In this document: piece after piece, positions 1 through 9,253 of the stretch | Position numbering within the stretch: position 1 is the stretch's first letter | Layout of the letters: the number at the start of each line of letters is the position of its first letter | Source of the DNA: a virus | Taxonomy: Duplodnaviria; Caudoviricetes | DNA length: 53,651 nt | Reading direction: 5' to 3' (one strand) | IMG/VR virus record: IMGVR_UViG_3300046837_000247 | Span: 1 to 53,651 of that record | Program-made: the position numbers and the translations under genes | Notes under the pieces: model-generated | What the model was told of the DNA's origin: nothing | Database searches by the model: none | The model's input: the letters and a program-made list of their open reading frames with translations, nothing else

Positions 1-102
1 CGGGCATCTGTTCCGATTGCCGCAAGGCGTACTACCGCGCCCTGCGCCGGGCCGGGCGGATCAAGCCGAAGGAGAAAGAGAAGGAGCGGCTACGACGCAA
101 AG
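1..102. repeat. Left copy of 102-bp terminal direct repeat (circular overlap)
   Basis: 1..102 matches 53550..53651 except A25 vs T53574; the last 77 nt are identical. Confidence 0.97.
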
Positions 103-596
103 CAGAACGCGAAGCCTCCCCGGAGCGGCACCGCGCGGCCGTGCGCCGTTGGTATGCGAAAATGATGGCCGACCCAGAGAAGCACGCGGCCTACCTGGAA
201 AGCGCCAGGATGGGCCGGCGGCTGCGTCGGGAGCGCGAAGGTGTGCCGCTAGACAGGCAGCGGAAAGCAAAGGCCACTATGTTGCGCGACACGCCGCGCT
301 ACCTGCCCTCTGGGCCGCTGGTGGCGCTGCTGGACCGCATCGTGGCCGACAGGCGTGCTGTAGCGCGCGTCACGGGCGATTACAGCGAAGCCACCCACGA
401 TGTGGTGGCCAAGCAGCTGGGCGTGGAGCCGCGCACCGTGCGGGGCTGGCGTAGCGGCACCTATCCCACCGTGCGCGTGGGCAAGGCCGAACAGGTGCTG
501 CTGCGGGCCGGCGTGTCCTGGCAGGAGGTCTACAGCTACGACGACCACGCCTACATCTTTCAGGCCGAACCGAGGCAACGTGCGGCTGGCGCGTGA
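3..596 (+). CDS. 3' part of Zn-finger + HTH DNA-binding protein that starts at 53429 and wraps the junction
   Basis: Open frame GICSDCRKAYY... continues the 53429 ORF; C-terminal HTH-like HDVVAKQLGVEPRTVRGW. Confidence 0.8.
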   Translation, partial: GICSDCRKAYYRALRRAGRIKPKEKEKERLRRKAEREASPERHRAAVRRWYAKMMADPEKHAAYLESARMGRRLRREREGVPLDRQRKAKATMLRDTPRYLPSGPLVALLDRIVADRRAVARVTGDYSEATHDVVAKQLGVEPRTVRGWRSGTYPTVRVGKAEQVLLRAGVSWQEVYSYDDHAYIFQAEPRQRAAGA

Positions 597-762
597 TGGC
601 CTGGAACTGCAGTGTCGCGACGACGACGGTGGCGTTGTGCTGGCCCGCGGCGAGACCACCCTGCACCTGGACCTAGACGAGCTGCGCTGGCTCATGGTGG
701 CTGTCCCGGCGTCTATAGGCGTGCTATGCTGCGGGAACCCAAACCCGAAGGAGGCGTCGTGA
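580..762 (+). CDS. Hypothetical protein (60 aa)
   Basis: GTG after GAGG; GTGA overlap with the next gene. Confidence 0.55.
   Translation: MRLARDGLELQCRDDDGGVVLARGETTLHLDLDELRWLMVAVPASIGVLCCGNPNPKEAS
715..754 (+). promoter_or_regulatory. Motif promoter A: ATAG-N5-CTAT / extended -10 TGcTATGCT / ACCCAAACCCG leader / SD
   Basis: ATAGGCGTGCTATGCTgcgggaACCCAAACCCGaaggagg; 710..746 is identical to 47073..47109. Confidence 0.8.
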
Positions 763-1040
763 CTTGGCAACCGAGTCCCGCAGAATTGGACGCAGCAGAG
801 CGCGTGCTGCACGAGTGCTTGGAGGACGCGCGCCGCGAGCCCGATGGCTACTGGCACGCGCTGGCTACCGCCGTGCTCGAGGCCGCGCACGAGGCCGCAC
901 AAGGCCCAGAGTCCGTAGGCCGGGCCATGGGCGTGCTGGCCCAGCCCCTGAACCCCAGCGGCCCGGCGGGCGCCGAGCGCGTCGACCCCGACACGGTTGC
1001 CCGCTACCGCGAGACCTGGACGCCGGGGGTGCCCCGATGA
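759..1040 (+). CDS. Hypothetical protein
   Basis: AAGGAGG then GTG; coupled by ATGA to the next gene. Confidence 0.7.
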   Translation: MTWQPSPAELDAAERVLHECLEDARREPDGYWHALATAVLEAAHEAAQGPESVGRAMGVLAQPLNPSGPAGAERVDPDTVARYRETWTPGVPR

Positions 1041-1186
1041 TCGCCGCGGTCATAGCCTTGGTGGTGCTGTTCGTGCTGCTGGTGGCGCTAATCGACGCTG
1101 GCGAGCGCCGGCACCTGGAAGCAGACAAGCGCCAGCGTGTACGAGAAGCCACGTGGCAGGCTGGTGATAGGAGGTGGGACAGGTGA
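1037..1186 (+). CDS. Small membrane protein
   Basis: MIAAVIALVVLFVLLVALID hydrophobic helix; 4-nt overlaps at both ends. Confidence 0.65.
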   Translation: MIAAVIALVVLFVLLVALIDAGERRHLEADKRQRVREATWQAGDRRWDR

Positions 1187-1314
1187 ACCAATACAGGCAG
1201 GCGAGGAAGCCCACCAAGGGCGGGGCCTGGGCCATGTTCATCGTGACCCTGTTGACTCTCATCGGGATCGCCGTATGGCTGGTCGAACTACTGGTCAGGG
1301 CGGTGTTCTCGTGA
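1183..1314 (+). CDS. Small membrane protein (43 aa)
   Basis: GGAGGTG SD; AWAMFIVTLLTLIGIAVWLVELLV; GTGA overlaps. Confidence 0.6.
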   Translation: MNQYRQARKPTKGGAWAMFIVTLLTLIGIAVWLVELLVRAVFS

Positions 1315-1595
1315 GCGGCAACTATCCCCCCGGCGTGTCCGGCAACGAGCCGCAGATCACCGGCGAATGGCCGTGTGCGGAGTGCGGCGCCACGCTGCCC
1401 GAGGAGGTCACCTGCCCGGAGTGCGGCAAGGAGATGGAATACCTCGAGGGGTTCAAGGACGACCCCGACACGCGCCCGCGCGACGTGTGGAAGTGCAACA
1501 CGCCGACGGGCTGCGAGCACGAGCTGCCGGGCGACACGTGCCCCGGCGGCTGCTGGACGAAGGACGATCAGCGGCTACATGAGGCGGGGCTGTGA
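1311..1595 (+). CDS. Zn-ribbon protein
   Basis: CAEC, CPEC and further Cys pairs. Confidence 0.65.
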   Translation: MSGNYPPGVSGNEPQITGEWPCAECGATLPEEVTCPECGKEMEYLEGFKDDPDTRPRDVWKCNTPTGCEHELPGDTCPGGCWTKDDQRLHEAGL

Positions 1596-1864
1596 CCCGC
1601 AAGCCCGGCGAGACGTGGCGCTGCGAAGCGTGCTCGGCACCGCTCATCGGCGCCGAGACGCTCGAAGGCAACGTCATGCCCGTGGACTTGGAACCGAACG
1701 GGCCGGGCACGATCCTGCTGTTCCGGCAGGCCGGTGAGCACCACACAAGGCGCGGTGTGGTCAGCTGCCGCACGGCGGCCGGCGGGCACTTGGCCTGGCT
1801 GCGCGAGCAGGACTACCCGCTGCGCACCTCGCACTTCGCGACGTGTCCGGAGGCTGCGGCATGA
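1592..1864 (+). CDS. Zn-binding hypothetical protein
   Basis: CEAC...MPVD...SHFATCP, a small-protein pattern common in actinophages. Confidence 0.7.
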   Translation: MTRKPGETWRCEACSAPLIGAETLEGNVMPVDLEPNGPGTILLFRQAGEHHTRRGVVSCRTAAGGHLAWLREQDYPLRTSHFATCPEAAA

Positions 1865-2175
1865 CCATGACGCCCGGCGATGGCAGGTGTTCGGACGGCC
1901 TGTGCACGCGCAAGGTGTCGGCCTCGGTGCACTTCCTGGACGGCCGGCGGCTGCCTTACTGCGACAAGTGCGCCAAGAGGATAGGCGGCCAGCAGGCACG
2001 CATCTACCCTACGTGCACCACGACCGGCAAGACACGCTACAGGGATGCCGAGGCGGCCGAGCACGCGCTGGCCCACCTACTCATACACGGCCCCGCCTGG
2101 CACCTGCCGCGCCGCGCCTACCCGTGCCCCGACTGCGGTGGCTGGCACCTGACCTCGCAGGAGCGCTGGCCATGA
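1861..2175 (+). CDS. Zn-binding hypothetical protein
   Basis: TGKTRY...RAYPCPDCGGWHLTS. Confidence 0.7.
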   Translation: MTMTPGDGRCSDGLCTRKVSASVHFLDGRRLPYCDKCAKRIGGQQARIYPTCTTTGKTRYRDAEAAEHALAHLLIHGPAWHLPRRAYPCPDCGGWHLTSQERWP

Positions 2176-2510
2176 GCCGGGTGAGCGAGATGTTGTGCGA
2201 GTTCTACTCCGATCGCGGCGTGACATCCGACCTGGCGGCCACCTGCCTGCGCGAGGAGATGCACGAGCTGCGGCAGGTCTTGGGTGGCGCACTGACACGC
2301 ACGGCGCTGGCGCACGAGTTGGCCGACGTCGTGTGGTGCTGCTACGGGATGGCGCAAGCCCAGGCCATAGACCTAGACGTGGCCCTAGATGCCGTGGGTG
2401 CTGCGAACATGGCGAAGCTGAGCGGCCCGCTGCGCGGCGATGGGAAGCAGTTGAAGCCCGAGGGCTGGCAACCGCCCGACATGGCCGAGGCGATCCGTGG
2501 ACACGACTGA
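2172..2510 (+). CDS. MazG-like / PRA-PH all-alpha nucleotide pyrophosphohydrolase
   Basis: EEMHE...HELADVV...ANMAK...DGKQLKPEGWQPPD. Confidence 0.85.
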   Translation: MSRVSEMLCEFYSDRGVTSDLAATCLREEMHELRQVLGGALTRTALAHELADVVWCCYGMAQAQAIDLDVALDAVGAANMAKLSGPLRGDGKQLKPEGWQPPDMAEAIRGHD

Positions 2511-2754
2511 GCGGCGCTTCCTGCTGGCGGCCATCAAGCAGGCCCTGGCCTGCGAGGACGTGAAGCTCGAGTGGTACGCCCTGCAGTTCGCGCCGATGGG
2601 CGCGTTGTCGCTGGCGCATTTCGTGAGCTTCGATACGGGGTTCGTCATAGGCCTCAACACCGGCCGGCAGGTGGGGCAGCAGGAAGAGCAGCACCGGGAC
2701 AAGCGCGAGCGGCGCAAACGCGAGAAACGGCACAAGAACAGGAGCCAGCGATGA
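2497..2754 (+). CDS. Hypothetical protein
   Basis: ORF tiling with overlapping neighbours. Confidence 0.55.
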   Translation: MDTTERRFLLAAIKQALACEDVKLEWYALQFAPMGALSLAHFVSFDTGFVIGLNTGRQVGQQEEQHRDKRERRKREKRHKNRSQR

Positions 2755-3086
2755 ACGACGTAGCAGCTAGTGCTAGCAAAGCGGCCAAGGCCGCGGCACG
2801 TATCGAAGCCGCGCGGGCCTGCCAGCCGCGCATCGACCACCTCCAGGCGCTGCGGCGGTCTCTTGCGGGCGGCAACCATGGTACGGCGGCGGCCTATGGC
2901 GCCGACCGGCTGCCACCGCCCACGCTACCCCAGCGGCTGGTGGGCGTGATTGGGCGGGCGCTGGTGGCGCACAGGGCGGCCCAGGCGCCGGCCCCCGATC
3001 TACTAACGCTGGCACAGCGTCGCCGGGCAGCCGCGTCGTACCGCGAATGGGCCGCACAGATGGAGGCAGGTCGCGATGGCCGCTAA
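2751..3086 (+). CDS. Hypothetical protein
   Basis: AGGAG SD; ATGA overlap. Confidence 0.55.
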   Translation: MNDVAASASKAAKAAARIEAARACQPRIDHLQALRRSLAGGNHGTAAAYGADRLPPPTLPQRLVGVIGRALVAHRAAQAPAPDLLTLAQRRRAAASYREWAAQMEAGRDGR

Positions 3087-3252
3087 GCCCAAGGCACCCA
3101 AGCCGCCAAACCCGCCCAAGGTGCCTACGCCAGAGCAGGTGGCCCGGCGCGAGTGGGTGCGGAAGCGCAACGAGGCCATACAGACGGTGGGACCACGGCC
3201 GGCGGATGGCGTTACGTTCGGCAAGCTGAAGAAGGACAAGCAGGGAGGGTAA
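3076..3252 (+). CDS. Small basic Pro/Lys-rich protein
   Basis: MAAKPKAPKPPNPPK...; GGAGG upstream. Confidence 0.55.
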   Translation: MAAKPKAPKPPNPPKVPTPEQVARREWVRKRNEAIQTVGPRPADGVTFGKLKKDKQGG

Positions 3253-3256
3253 AGCG

Positions 3257-3685
3257 ATGATGAAGCTAGGCGAGCTGCGCTTCGAGCCACGGCGATTCGT
3301 CGTCGGCATCGAGTGGGACCATGAACCCGACGAGCACGGGCATCTGTGGAAGCGCATGGATTTCTGCATCTTCCCGCTGGTCGTGTGGCGTATGTGGTTC
3401 AAGATGACGGTGCCCGGTGCCGGGCTGGCGCGTAGGGCGTTGGGGTTCGAGGTCGCACCGACGGTCTGGACGGGGCGGTGTATGTGCGGATGGGAAACCG
3501 ACGGGGTCAAGGCGTCCTCGGATGAGGTTGTGGAGGCTTATGACGCGCACCTTCTGACGTCCGGTGCGCCGTACCACGGCTGGACGGGACCGTTGTGCGA
3601 CGGCTACCCCGGCCCGGCTAGCTCTTGGATGCGGGAGTTCGGGGCGATGGTCGAAAGGACTCGTGGGGGGCCGTCCGATGGATGA
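3257..3685 (+). CDS. Hypothetical protein
   Basis: GGAGGG SD; tiles between neighbours. Confidence 0.6.
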   Translation: MMKLGELRFEPRRFVVGIEWDHEPDEHGHLWKRMDFCIFPLVVWRMWFKMTVPGAGLARRALGFEVAPTVWTGRCMCGWETDGVKASSDEVVEAYDAHLLTSGAPYHGWTGPLCDGYPGPASSWMREFGAMVERTRGGPSDG

Positions 3686-4400
3686 GATGACGGCAACAGA
3701 GAGAGAGGCGAGGCCGAGGCTGCTGGACCTTTTCTGTGGCGCCGGCGGTGCAGCGGTCGGCTATCACGGTGCGGGCTTCGAGGTTGTGGGTGTGGATATC
3801 GAGCCCCAGCCGAACTACCCGTTCGAGTTCATCCAGGCGGACGCGATGACGTTCGTAGCCGAGGGCCGCATCGACGCGATCCACGCTAGCCCGCCGTGCC
3901 AGGCCCACCTGCGCGGGCTGCGGAGCGTGAACAGGGGCCTTGGCCGCATGGACTCCCATGTCGATCTGATTGAACCTACGAGACAGGCCATCCTTGCCGC
4001 CGGGTTGCCCTACGTGATCGAGAACATCGTAGGCGCACCGTTGAGGAACCCGGTGCGGCTCTGCGGCTCGAGCTTCGGGCTGGCTGTGCAGCGGCACCGT
4101 TTGTTCGAGAGCAACGTGCCGATCATGGTGTCGCCCTGCGCGCACCATCTGCAGCGCGAGCGCCGCTACTGGACGAGCTGGCGACCGGGCGGCGAGAAGG
4201 TGCTGGCGAAGGTCGTGCAGGTCTACGGCAACGCCGGCGACCACAAGACCTGGGGACCCGCCATGGGCATCGACTGGATGACCCCCAACGAGCTTAGGGA
4301 GGCTATCCCCCCCGCCTACACGGAGCACATCGGCTACTTCCTGATGGCCGAGATCCAAGCGCGGTCTGTTGCCTTGGAGGCAGGAGAGCGGGATGGCTGA
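3678..4400 (+). CDS. DNA (cytosine-5) methyltransferase, short phage type
   Basis: Motif I LDLFCGAGG, motif IV SPPCQ, motif VI IENI, C-terminal AIPPAYTEHIG. Confidence 0.9.
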   Translation: MDEMTATEREARPRLLDLFCGAGGAAVGYHGAGFEVVGVDIEPQPNYPFEFIQADAMTFVAEGRIDAIHASPPCQAHLRGLRSVNRGLGRMDSHVDLIEPTRQAILAAGLPYVIENIVGAPLRNPVRLCGSSFGLAVQRHRLFESNVPIMVSPCAHHLQRERRYWTSWRPGGEKVLAKVVQVYGNAGDHKTWGPAMGIDWMTPNELREAIPPAYTEHIGYFLMAEIQARSVALEAGERDG

Positions 4401-4614
4401 GGTCCAGACGATCACGCGAGCGCCGAAGGGCGGCTGGCTGCTATTGGAGCCGGAGGACTGTCCGCTGCGCGAGCAGCACACGCCATCGCCGGACGGCTAT
4501 CTCGCATGGCATGAGTGGGCCGAGCGAATGGGCAAGACGCATAAGCAGATGCGTTGCGCGGGCTGTCATCGCTGGTCGGTGTGGGTGCCGAAGGTGGAGA
4601 CAGGAGAGCAATGA
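4393..4614 (+). CDS. Hypothetical Zn-binding protein
   Basis: HTPSPDGYLAWHEWA...THKQMRCAGC. Confidence 0.65.
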   Translation: MAEVQTITRAPKGGWLLLEPEDCPLREQHTPSPDGYLAWHEWAERMGKTHKQMRCAGCHRWSVWVPKVETGEQ

Positions 4615-5078
4615 GGGTGAGATGCGATGCGCCGACCGCTCGCGGCGCTGGCGGGAAATGCGAACGCGAAGCGGGCCACGACGGGGAGCATGGCGGGCGT
4701 TCAATGGGGGAAGTCATCGAGGATGCTCGTGCGCTTGAGCGTCTTGGCCCGACCCCGACGGATGAGCCAGACAGAGAGGCGATGCAGGCGGCGTGGCTGC
4801 GGTGGGTAGGGTCGGGGCCAGAGTTCTCGACGTCGAACACCAGCCGCGCTCACGATGCGGGACAGACGATGTGGCTAGCCGCCCGCGACTTCTACCGGGC
4901 CGAGTCCCGCGAGCAACGGCTACGAGAGCCGACCGAGGCGACGATCGAGGCGGCGGCGAAAGCCTACATTGACGCTTGCAACAGCGAGCGGTCATCATCG
5001 GGCGCTGGCTCCCTTCGGGATACCCTGCGCGCCGCCCTCCGTGCCGCCGCCCGAGAGACAGAGGACCCCGATGCCTGA
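4611..5078 (+). CDS. Hypothetical protein
   Basis: AGGAG SD; ATGA overlap. Confidence 0.6.
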   Translation: MRVRCDAPTARGAGGKCEREAGHDGEHGGRSMGEVIEDARALERLGPTPTDEPDREAMQAAWLRWVGSGPEFSTSNTSRAHDAGQTMWLAARDFYRAESREQRLREPTEATIEAAAKAYIDACNSERSSSGAGSLRDTLRAALRAAARETEDPDA

Positions 5079-5322
5079 CTTGTCTGAGCCGCAGAGACGG
5101 ACGTTGAGGGAGATTGAGGCCGGGCGCGTCCAATGGTCGATTAGCGGATTTCGGTTTCGCTCGCTGACGTTCCCGCCTTCGGTGCGATCCGACGTGGTGC
5201 AGCGCCTCGTGGATGCCCGGCTGGCTTGTGTGGGAGCGCAGACGATGGGTGCGGCCGACCTGTATCACGTCGTCCTTACCGACGCTGGCCGTGCCGCTCT
5301 CGCCCGAGAGACAGGGCGATGA
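5071..5322 (+). CDS. Small winged-helix-like hypothetical protein
   Basis: LSEPQRRTL...LTDAGRAAL. Confidence 0.55.
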   Translation: MPDLSEPQRRTLREIEAGRVQWSISGFRFRSLTFPPSVRSDVVQRLVDARLACVGAQTMGAADLYHVVLTDAGRAALARETGR

Positions 5323-5513
5323 CCAAACACGAGGCGGTCCACGCCGAGAACTCCTGGATGCTCTACTGCGCGATCACGGAAGTCTCGGAGGCCACGGTCG
5401 GGATGACGCTCGTCTGCCTGCTCGCCCTCGCCTGGCATCATTGCGCCTACGTGTGGCGGGGCTATTCGGCCCGGCCGGGCACGATGCACGGGAGGGCGTG
5501 GGCGCATGGATAG
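5319..5513 (+). CDS. Small putative membrane protein
   Basis: ATGA overlap; hydrophobic central segment. Confidence 0.45.
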   Translation: MTKHEAVHAENSWMLYCAITEVSEATVGMTLVCLLALAWHHCAYVWRGYSARPGTMHGRAWAHG

Positions 5514-5712
5514 CGAGACACGATGGCTGGCGGTGTTCGTGGTGTGCGGCCTCGCGTTCGCGGTGGCCTGGGAGATCTGGATTCGGGGGCTGGGATCGTG
5601 AGAGAATGGTTCCGGCGGCTATGGCACTTCCTGACCGACTGGACAGGCGTCTGGGGAGACCGATGACCTGGCGCTGGCTGTTGGCTTAGCGAGGCGCGCT
5701 AGCCTGTAGTGC

Positions 5713-6237
5713 ATGGCCACGGCCACGCAGAAGCGCGTATGTAAGCACAGCACCAAGGCTGGCCATCCGTGTAGGGCAACCCCACTCAAGAACAGCGACT
5801 ACTGCCTGGCGCATACCGACGAGGAAACGCGGGCTAGCCACGGCTTTGGCGGTAGCGAGAACGGGTCCAAGGGCGGCCGGCCACGTAAGCCGCGTGTCGT
5901 GGATGTGATCCTGGCGCAGATAGAGGAGCGCGCAGACGCGATCTTTGCCGGCCTGTGGGAGATGACCACGGCCACCAAGTGGGTCTACAGCGGCGGCGAC
6001 AGCCCGGCCATGGAGGTGCCCGACTACACCACACGGCTGGCGGCATACCGCGAACTGCTGGACCGCGGCTATGGCAGGCCCAAGCAGGCCGGCGAGCTGA
6101 CGATCATCACAGAGAGCGAGATAGACCGAGAGATCCGCAGACTGGAGGCGCAGCTTGACCAGCAGAACGGTGGAGCTGGACCCGGCGATCCCGCCGCAGA
6201 AGCTAGAGCGCTACCAGCACCTACGCCGGCAGGTTGA
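5713..6237 (+). CDS. Probable terminase small subunit
   Basis: Directly upstream of TerL; N-terminal CKHSTKAGHPC...YCLAH; ELLDRGYGRPKQ. Confidence 0.7.
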   Translation: MATATQKRVCKHSTKAGHPCRATPLKNSDYCLAHTDEETRASHGFGGSENGSKGGRPRKPRVVDVILAQIEERADAIFAGLWEMTTATKWVYSGGDSPAMEVPDYTTRLAAYRELLDRGYGRPKQAGELTIITESEIDREIRRLEAQLDQQNGGAGPGDPAAEARALPAPTPAG

Positions 6238-7492
6238 GGCCAACTGGCAGCCCGCGGGCAGGGCACGGCTAGAGCCGCATCAGATCCCGCCGGCCCAGCC
6301 CTGGCATCTTTGGCTGCTCGAGGGCGGCCGTGGGTGCGGCAAGACGGAGGCGTGCGCGCGGTACTTCGCCAGGTACATGCGGGCCAACGCCGGCCATAGG
6401 GGTCGCATCGTGGCGCCTACCTTCGGCGATGCCGTTGAAGCGTGCATCGAGGGGCCTAGCGGCCTGCTGGCCATGGATCCCGACATACGCTGGCTGCCCA
6501 GCTCGCCGGGTGGTGCCAAGGTCGTGTGGCCCAACGGCAGCGAGGCGTTGGTGTTCGGCACGCCGTTCCCCCGCGATATAGACCGCTTCAAGGCCGGCGG
6601 GAACCGGCACATCGACTGGTGGGAGGAGATGGCGGCCAACACGCAGCTGGCAAAGGCGTGGGACCAGGCGGCACTCGGCTTGCGCCTGGGAGAGCACCCG
6701 CACAGCATCGCGTCGACCACGCCGCGCGGCACGGGCGACTACCGGGCGATCCGCAAGATGCCCGACGTGGTGCGCACGCACGCCACGCTGTTCGACAACC
6801 CGCACAACCCCAGCGAGTGGGTGGAGCGGATGCGGGCGCGCTACGAAGGCACGCGGCTGGGCCGCCAGGAACTTGCCGGCGAACTGCTAGACGATGCCCT
6901 CGGTGCCCTGTGGAGGCGCGAGCTGTTCGACGATCGGGCAGACACGCCGCCCACGCTGGTGCGTGTGGTGGTGGCCATAGACCCGGCGGCTACAAGCGGA
7001 GAGGACGCAGATGACACGGGCATCGTGATAGCCGGCCTGGGAGCAGACGGCCACGGCTACGTGCTGGCCGACCGCACGTGCCACCTACCGCCCGACCAGT
7101 GGGCTAGGCGCGTGCACGCCGCCTACGAGGAGTTCAGCGCCGATCGTGTGGTAGCCGAGGTCAACAACGGCGGCGAGATGGTGGGCGTGGTGCTGAAGAC
7201 GACAGAGACCGGCATGGCCTACAAGTCGATACACGCCAGCCGCGGCAAGGCCATCAGAGCCGAGCCTGTAGCCGCCCTCTATGAACAGGGCAAGGTGCAC
7301 CACGTGGGCGCCTTCCCGCACTTGGAGGACCAGTGCTGCCAGTGGGTGCCGGGCGAGGGAGAGGACAGCCCAGACAGGCTAGACGCGCTCGTTTGGGCTA
7401 TAACTGACCTAATGCTGGCAGGTGGCCCCGGCCAAGTGCTTGTGGCGCAAGGTAGGATTCCTGGTGTGAAAGCTCAGCGGGGTCGGTGGTGA
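6155..7492 (+). CDS. terL: Terminase large subunit
   Basis: Walker A GGRGCGKT, Walker B WWEEMA, STTP, nuclease IDPA...DDTG...SPDRLDA. Confidence 0.95.
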   Translation: MTSRTVELDPAIPPQKLERYQHLRRQVEANWQPAGRARLEPHQIPPAQPWHLWLLEGGRGCGKTEACARYFARYMRANAGHRGRIVAPTFGDAVEACIEGPSGLLAMDPDIRWLPSSPGGAKVVWPNGSEALVFGTPFPRDIDRFKAGGNRHIDWWEEMAANTQLAKAWDQAALGLRLGEHPHSIASTTPRGTGDYRAIRKMPDVVRTHATLFDNPHNPSEWVERMRARYEGTRLGRQELAGELLDDALGALWRRELFDDRADTPPTLVRVVVAIDPAATSGEDADDTGIVIAGLGADGHGYVLADRTCHLPPDQWARRVHAAYEEFSADRVVAEVNNGGEMVGVVLKTTETGMAYKSIHASRGKAIRAEPVAALYEQGKVHHVGAFPHLEDQCCQWVPGEGEDSPDRLDALVWAITDLMLAGGPGQVLVAQGRIPGVKAQRGRW

Positions 7493-7686
7493 GCGACCAC
7501 CTAGACCAACTGCGCCAGCTGGCCAAAGAGCCGCCCGTAACGCACGGGCTGCCCGACCATCTGCGCAAGCTGCACAGACGGGTCATGGAGCACACGCGGC
7601 AGGAACGCGCCAGACCACAGGCAACCGATGATGAAGGCCGGCGCTGGGGACCAGCGGGCGGTACACGCAAGCACAGGAGCGGATAA
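7489..7686 (+). CDS. Hypothetical protein
   Basis: GTGA and TAATG coupling. Confidence 0.5.
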   Translation: MSDHLDQLRQLAKEPPVTHGLPDHLRKLHRRVMEHTRQERARPQATDDEGRRWGPAGGTRKHRSG

Positions 7687-8330
7687 TGTCAGGCACGAAA
7701 GACAACGCAGAGCGGCTGCTGGCGCTCCTAAACGGCCCGCCGTCGGTTAGTGGCCTTGGGAACCTCAGGCAGGCAGAAAACGAAGGCTCGGCCGCACGCA
7801 GCAACGCCGACTGGCTGGGCGTGCCCATCCTCGACGAGGCGATGGTGGCAACGGAAAAAGGCACCACGAGCGCGATCCCGGTGCAGATCGGTGACGTCTT
7901 CTCCAAGATCCTGCTCCCGTTCGGGAAAACGTCCGGCAAAAAAGTGGAAAAGGCGTACTGCGCCCTCTACGCCGGCAAAAAAGACGGCGCGCTGCTCGCG
8001 CAGTCTAAAGAAGCCAACCTCGTGGAAACGGCGAAAAAAGAAACCACGCTGCCGTTCACGCTGGAAAGCGCGGTCACGATCACCAGCGCGATGGCGCCCA
8101 ACGGCTACATCTACGCCCAGTTCGGCTCCGAAACAGAAACCATGCCCACGGGCATCGGCTGGACGCTCTCGGCGGAAGCCCAGGCGTCGTGGGCGGCCGT
8201 GTCGGCTGCCTCGGTGATGGGCCTTGGCGGCAAAGCAAGCAAAGCCCTGAAAGGCAAAGCCGACGCGAAACTAGGCGAATCGGAAGCCTTCGCGGCGGTC
8301 GCGAACGTCATCTGCTTCATCCTGCAATAG
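7686..8330 (+). CDS. Probable virion structural (decoration/minor capsid-like) protein
   Basis: Beta-rich AIPVQIGDV...ALY...ALLAQS; hand count 15 AAA vs 2 AAG and 13 GAA vs 2 GAG. Confidence 0.6.
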   Translation: MSGTKDNAERLLALLNGPPSVSGLGNLRQAENEGSAARSNADWLGVPILDEAMVATEKGTTSAIPVQIGDVFSKILLPFGKTSGKKVEKAYCALYAGKKDGALLAQSKEANLVETAKKETTLPFTLESAVTITSAMAPNGYIYAQFGSETETMPTGIGWTLSAEAQASWAAVSAASVMGLGGKASKALKGKADAKLGESEAFAAVANVICFILQ

Positions 8331-8378
8331 CCCCGGCCCCGCGTGCCGGCGCGATAAGGCCGGCGGAAGGGAGGGCAG

Positions 8379-8687
8379 GTGCAGGGCGAGCTACTACGAC
8401 GAGACGTGCACCCGGCGGAGGTGCTGTTTCCTGATGGCCGGTTCGTCAAGGACGCGCGTGCGTTCGTGACGAGCCACCGGCTGATCGTGTGGCAGCGCGA
8501 CGGCCCTAGCAAGATGCACGAGATGCTGCTGGCCGAGCCCTTCAGCGTCGAAGCCCGGCGCGGCACGCTGGGCGGCAGCCTCGAGGTGGAGACGTCCGAG
8601 GGCACGGTGCACCTGAGCCGTGGCTACGGCTGCGGCTGCGGGTCGCCGCTGCTGGCCCTGGCGCCGCCGGTTGGGTGGACGGGATGA
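8379..8687 (+). CDS. Hypothetical protein with C-terminal GCGCGS motif
   Basis: GGAGGG SD; GYGCGCGSPL. Confidence 0.7.
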   Translation: MQGELLRRDVHPAEVLFPDGRFVKDARAFVTSHRLIVWQRDGPSKMHEMLLAEPFSVEARRGTLGGSLEVETSEGTVHLSRGYGCGCGSPLLALAPPVGWTG

Positions 8688-8869
8688 GGTGGAGGCACGG
8701 CATATATGCTGTGCTAACGCTGGCGGTCGGCTTCTCTCTCGGTGCGTTTGCCTATACGGGCAGCGCCCTGTGGGCTCTATCGGGCGCCCTGCTTGCGTTG
8801 GCCTCGGCGCTGTACGACGCCGGTGAACCTCAGCCGGGAGATCCGCCCAAGCAGAGGTGGACGGGATGA
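8684..8869 (+). CDS. Two-TM membrane protein
   Basis: Two hydrophobic segments; ATGA overlaps. Confidence 0.6.
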   Translation: MRWRHGIYAVLTLAVGFSLGAFAYTGSALWALSGALLALASALYDAGEPQPGDPPKQRWTG

Positions 8870-9078
8870 GCGACACGCTGATCATGGCCCTGGCCACGGC
8901 CATCCACCAAGAGGTGCACGGTACGCGGTTCGAGGCCTGCCCCGACTGCGTGCGTGCCGCCGGGCGGGTGCACCGCCACCTGCAGGGCCTGGGCTACCGT
9001 GCCGGCCTGCCCGACGAACTGCCGGGGCTGTGCGAACACGCAGAGCACATCGTCTACCCGCAGCTACTCGGCAGATGA
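8866..9078 (+). CDS. Hypothetical protein
   Basis: ATGA overlap; CPDC. Confidence 0.5.
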   Translation: MSDTLIMALATAIHQEVHGTRFEACPDCVRAAGRVHRHLQGLGYRAGLPDELPGLCEHAEHIVYPQLLGR

Positions 9079-9082
9079 GGGT

Positions 9083-9253
9083 ATGTCGCGGCGAGCCTTC
9101 ATGCGCGTCCTCGTTGCCGAGGCGCGCAGCTCGCTGCGGCGTGGTAGGCGGCGCATGGGCAAGCGGTGGGATGAGTGGGGCTGGCGCCGCGACGAACGTA
9201 GGCTGCTGCGGGGCTACCGCGGCAGTAACGGCAGGCGGCGGATGAGGAGCTGA
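9083..9253 (+). CDS. Very Arg-rich small protein
   Basis: MSRRAFMR...RRGRRRMGKRW; fills the gap and couples by TGATG. Confidence 0.45.
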   Translation: MSRRAFMRVLVAEARSSLRRGRRRMGKRWDEWGWRRDERRLLRGYRGSNGRRRMRS

